From sequence record PZ445456.1: 39,315 nucleotides of DNA, one strand, 5' to 3'. Each line of letters begins with the position of its first letter. Position 1 is the first letter of the stretch. Positions 36,384 to 39,315 of the stretch are shown here, one piece after another. The notes under the pieces were generated by a model, which worked only from the letters and a program-made list of their open reading frames with translations, had not been told where the DNA came from and made no database searches. Position numbers and translations under genes: made by a program. This DNA is from a phage.

Positions 36384-38258
36384 ATGGCTCTCAAGATTCG
36401 TACCGTAATGACTTATCCGCTAACAGGTGCTGTGGACTTTGCAATCACCTTTGAATACTTAGCGCGTAAGTTCGTGACGGTAACTCTAATTGGTAAAGAC
36501 CGTAAGGAACTGGTTCTCAATCAGGACTATCGGTTCACCACTAAGACACAAATCACTACAACACGCACGTGGACGGCGGCTGACGGATATGACTCTATTG
36601 AGATTCGTCGATACACCTCCGCGACTGACCGTCTGGTTGACTTTGCTGATGGCTCAATCCTTCGTGCATATGACCTAAACATCGCACAGATTCAAACGCT
36701 TCACGTTGCTGAAGAAGCACGAGACCTCACTGCGGATACCATTGGTGTCAACAACGAGGGTCACTTGGATGCGCGTGGTCGACGCATCGTCAATGTAGCT
36801 AACCCTATAGATGATGGCGATGCAGTCAACCTGCGCTCTATCAAGCAGTGGAACGACTCCGCTCTTAACTCTGCAAACAGGGCAAAGGCTTCCGAGGAAG
36901 AAGCAAAGCGACAGACTGATTGGGCCGGACGTATGCGCAATGAGTCAGAACAGTTCCGTAACGAGGCCAATCAACACCGAGCGGTGGCTGAGTCTGCCAA
37001 GGACCAAGCAATTACCGCTAAGAATCAAGCTGAATCGGCAAGAGACCTCGCTTCAGGTTCTCGGAGTGAAGCATCAAGGTTCGCTGAAGAGTCCAACCAG
37101 TATATGTCACGGTCTAAGCAATGGGCTGTCAACCCGGTAGATGTTGTAGTCACAGATGGTGAATACTCCGCGAAGCACTGGCAGCATCATTCTAAGGTTG
37201 AGGCCGACCGCTCGAAGAGAGAGGCTGACCGAGCAACCACTGAGGCTGACAAGCTGGGAAACATGAACGCACTTGCAGGTGCCATTGAGGAAGTAAGTCC
37301 AGACCACGTTGTTTCATGGTCGGCTACAGCTAAGTTTAAAGGTGAACTCATTGCCAACCGCTCAATGACTCTTCGTGCAGCGGATGAACAGGGTGCTATG
37401 GGACAGATGGTTCACGAATATGACGACACAGTCGGACGTCATGTCTCGAATACCTATTGGGCCATCAAGCACCCACATAGAGGAGAATGGCATGTTCCCT
37501 ATAAGATTCTAAACCTACCTAACGATTCTGCGGCGTGGGAGATGCACTTCGGGGACTTAATGCGTTGTTATAATGGATTGAAGGTCGAAGGGTTTAATAA
37601 ATCACTAGATGTAACCAATCAGGCGAATACTGCCGTTCGAACGGTGGCATATGGTCCGGGCGATTTGACCCAAGGGGCGTGGGTGTGTAACACTCGTTGG
37701 AACTTCTACGATTCAGGGTTAGAAATTGGATGGGTTCGAGGTGGTTCTACGAACGGCAACGGCCTAATCCGGTGGAAGCCGGAAGGAACTCAAGCGACAT
37801 ATCATGATATTTGGCTAAACCCGGGCGGTGTGGTGCAGTTCCCCGAGAAGATTCTCGTAGGGGCGGGTGGTGCCTCCGTTGGTGTTGATGGTAATATTGA
37901 TGGCTCACTTTGGGGTGGTAATCTATACGGCTGGCTGAACAACCGCTTAGGTGATCGACCAACGTTTGCTCAAGGAGACGGGCGCTATGTTCGAAAGAGT
38001 GCTGGTTGGGCTGAAGTATGGAGTGGTTCCGCTGGTGGTGGGGTATCCGTAGGTCTCAATCAGGATGTCCGCTGGAGAACTATCTGGATTCAAACTCAAG
38101 GCAGATGGAACCCTGTTCAGATTGGGGACGATGGGGCTTACTATATCTCGTCTATGGGTGGGTGGCTACAGTTCACAATCTCAGACAACGGGAGAACTTT
38201 CCGTAACGATGCAGACAGAAGCTCTGTTCCTACGAGAATCTTGGTTCAAACCCAATAA
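36384..38258 (+). CDS. 17: Tail fiber protein, 624 aa
   Basis: N-terminus (TV.TY.L.G...F.I.FEYLARKFV.VTLIG.DRK.L..N.DYRF...T...T..W..ADGY..IE.RR.TS.TDRLVDF.DGSILRAYDLN.AQIQT.HVAEEARDLT.DTIGVNN.GHLDARGRRIVN) and C-terminal tip (W..VWSGSAGGGVSV) match T7 gp17; central region divergent; internal ATG 36384 with RBS AAGGAGG. Confidence 0.93.
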   Translation: MALKIRTVMTYPLTGAVDFAITFEYLARKFVTVTLIGKDRKELVLNQDYRFTTKTQITTTRTWTAADGYDSIEIRRYTSATDRLVDFADGSILRAYDLNIAQIQTLHVAEEARDLTADTIGVNNEGHLDARGRRIVNVANPIDDGDAVNLRSIKQWNDSALNSANRAKASEEEAKRQTDWAGRMRNESEQFRNEANQHRAVAESAKDQAITAKNQAESARDLASGSRSEASRFAEESNQYMSRSKQWAVNPVDVVVTDGEYSAKHWQHHSKVEADRSKREADRATTEADKLGNMNALAGAIEEVSPDHVVSWSATAKFKGELIANRSMTLRAADEQGAMGQMVHEYDDTVGRHVSNTYWAIKHPHRGEWHVPYKILNLPNDSAAWEMHFGDLMRCYNGLKVEGFNKSLDVTNQANTAVRTVAYGPGDLTQGAWVCNTRWNFYDSGLEIGWVRGGSTNGNGLIRWKPEGTQATYHDIWLNPGGVVQFPEKILVGAGGASVGVDGNIDGSLWGGNLYGWLNNRLGDRPTFAQGDGRYVRKSAGWAEVWSGSAGGGVSVGLNQDVRWRTIWIQTQGRWNPVQIGDDGAYYISSMGGWLQFTISDNGRTFRNDADRSSVPTRILVQTQ

Positions 38259-38302
38259 TGGAATACAACGAGGCCAAGGATGGCTGACACTAGGAGGACA
38301 CA

Positions 38303-38509
38303 ATGCTGTCATTAGATTTTAATAACGAGGTAGTGAAGGCTGCACCGATTGTAGGGACAGGGGTAGCCGATGGCGCTGCCCGTCTGTTCTTCGGGCTGTC
38401 ACTTAACGAGTGGTTCTATGTAGCCGCAATTGCCTACACAGTGGCTCAAATTGGTGCCAAGGTAGTCGATGTGATTATCAAATGGAAGAAGGAGGGCAAA
38501 GATGTCTAA
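38303..38509 (+). CDS. 17.5: Holin (class II), 68 aa
   Basis: MLSLDFNNE..KAAPIVGTGVAD..ARLFFGLSLNEWFYVAAIAYTV.QIGAKVVD matches T7 gp17.5. Confidence 0.88.
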   Translation: MLSLDFNNEVVKAAPIVGTGVADGAARLFFGLSLNEWFYVAAIAYTVAQIGAKVVDVIIKWKKEGKDV

Positions 38510-38771
38510 CGATAAATCATTAATCCAATTCCTTGAGATGCTGGATACTGAGATGGCTCAACGTATGCTGAAAGACCTTCAGGATGACGATAAACGCACA
38601 CCTCAACTGTACAACGCAATCGGGAAACTGTTAGAGCGTCACAAGTTCCAAGTATCCAAGCTACAACCAGACCGTAACATCCTTGGTGGACTTGCTGATG
38701 GCCTTCAGGAGTATCAGAACCTAGTAGGTGACGATGGTCTCACTGAAGATGAGAAGTACACGCTGAACTGA
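38502..38771 (+). CDS. 18: Terminase small subunit (DNA maturase A), 89 aa
   Basis: DKSLI.FLEMLDT.MAQRML.DL.D...R.PQLYNAI.KLL.RHKFQ..KLQPD..ILGGLA..L.EY...VGD.GLT.D..YTL matches T7 gp18. Confidence 0.92.
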   Translation: MSNDKSLIQFLEMLDTEMAQRMLKDLQDDDKRTPQLYNAIGKLLERHKFQVSKLQPDRNILGGLADGLQEYQNLVGDDGLTEDEKYTLN

Positions 38772-38775
38772 TGGA

Positions 38776-38820
38776 ATAACTCAAGGCCACTACATCTAGT
38801 GGTCTTTATGATATTTCAAC
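38776..38820 (+). promoter_or_regulatory. RNase III-type hairpin upstream of gene 18.5 (R18.5-like)
   Basis: ATAACTCAAGGCCACTACATCTAGTGGTCTTTATGAT; stem AAGGCCACTA/TAGTGGTCTT with one G-U; same AACTCAAGG..CCTT architecture as the R1.1-type copies. Confidence 0.45.
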
Positions 38821-38869
38821 ACAACTCACGGTAACGCTACGTGAAATCTGAAAATACGGGAGGGTAGTT

Positions 38870-39315
38870 ATGCTCAAGAATTTAAAGAGCTACGCCATCG
38901 CTGTGGCCTTTGTCTTGGGGATGACCCTTGCGTACAACCACGGATATGACAAAGCTAACACTAAATGGGAACAGGAGGTGCACAATGAGTACGTTAAGAA
39001 AGTTAAGGCGACTGAGGATAAACAGGCTGCTATTAACGAAGTCTCACGACAATACCAAGAAGACCTTGCGGCGCTGGAAGGCAGCACTGATAGGGTCATT
39101 AATGATTTGCGTAACGATGGTAAGCGGCTGCGTGTCAAGCTGTCAAACACCTCACGAGAGCTCCAAGCTAACGGTGGATGCCTCGCTGATGGTCGAGCCG
39201 AACTTGACGAAGAGTTTAGTAAGCGTCTTATCGGAGTAACTCAAAGAGGGGATGCGTGGATTCGTGCGCTCCAAGATACAATAACTGAAATGCAAACTAA
39301 GAAGGAGGCTAAGTA
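38870..39315 (+). CDS. 18.5: Spanin inner-membrane subunit (Rz-like), 3' end at the window edge; stop completes across the circular junction
   Basis: RBS GGGAGGG; N-terminal TM anchor KSYAIAVAFVLGMTLAY then coiled coil; 148 codons open to the window end; final ta plus the first a of the window form TAA. Confidence 0.85.
   Translation, partial: MLKNLKSYAIAVAFVLGMTLAYNHGYDKANTKWEQEVHNEYVKKVKATEDKQAAINEVSRQYQEDLAALEGSTDRVINDLRNDGKRLRVKLSNTSRELQANGGCLADGRAELDEEFSKRLIGVTQRGDAWIRALQDTITEMQTKKEAK
38985..39239 (+). CDS. 18.7: Spanin outer-membrane lipoprotein subunit (Rz1-like), embedded in 18.5 in the +1 frame, 84 aa
   Basis: RBS CAGGAGGTG; MSTLRKLRRL...ALIGSLMICVTMVSGC (lipobox-like ..SGC); C-terminus LMVEPNLT matches T7 gp18.7 (..ISGCAS...LMVEPNLT). 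Confidence 0.8.
   Translation: MSTLRKLRRLRINRLLLTKSHDNTKKTLRRWKAALIGSLMICVTMVSGCVSSCQTPHESSKLTVDASLMVEPNLTKSLVSVLSE

Overview
This window reads as a complete, circularly permuted genome of a T7-like lytic podovirus (Autographiviridae, T7/T3 group), opened at the start of gene 19. All assignments rest on reading the six-frame translations against T7/T3 proteins and signals as I recall them; no search was run. Every credible gene is on the + strand in canonical T7 order: 19 (terminase large subunit), an HNH endonuclease, the right-end promoter, a 19.5-like ORF, a repeat-rich terminus region, three sigma70 early promoters, then 0.3 to 18.7. The last two bases of the window (ta) plus the first (atg) rebuild a TAATG stop/start overlap between 18.5 and 19, so the sequence is circularly contiguous. 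About 17 phage-RNAP promoters share the consensus TAATACGACTCACTA(T/A)TGGGAGA, with T at -1. Departures from T7 worth a second look: a T3-type SAM-degrading 0.3 gene instead of Ocr, an apparently split gene 0.7, an uncharacterised 185-aa membrane/coiled-coil early protein, an HNH endonuclease after the terminase, and a tRNA-like T-arm hairpin in the capsid-gene leader. No lysogeny module, CRISPR array or canonical tRNA gene was found. I cannot single out one clearly novel system; the early accessory ORFs are the best candidates.
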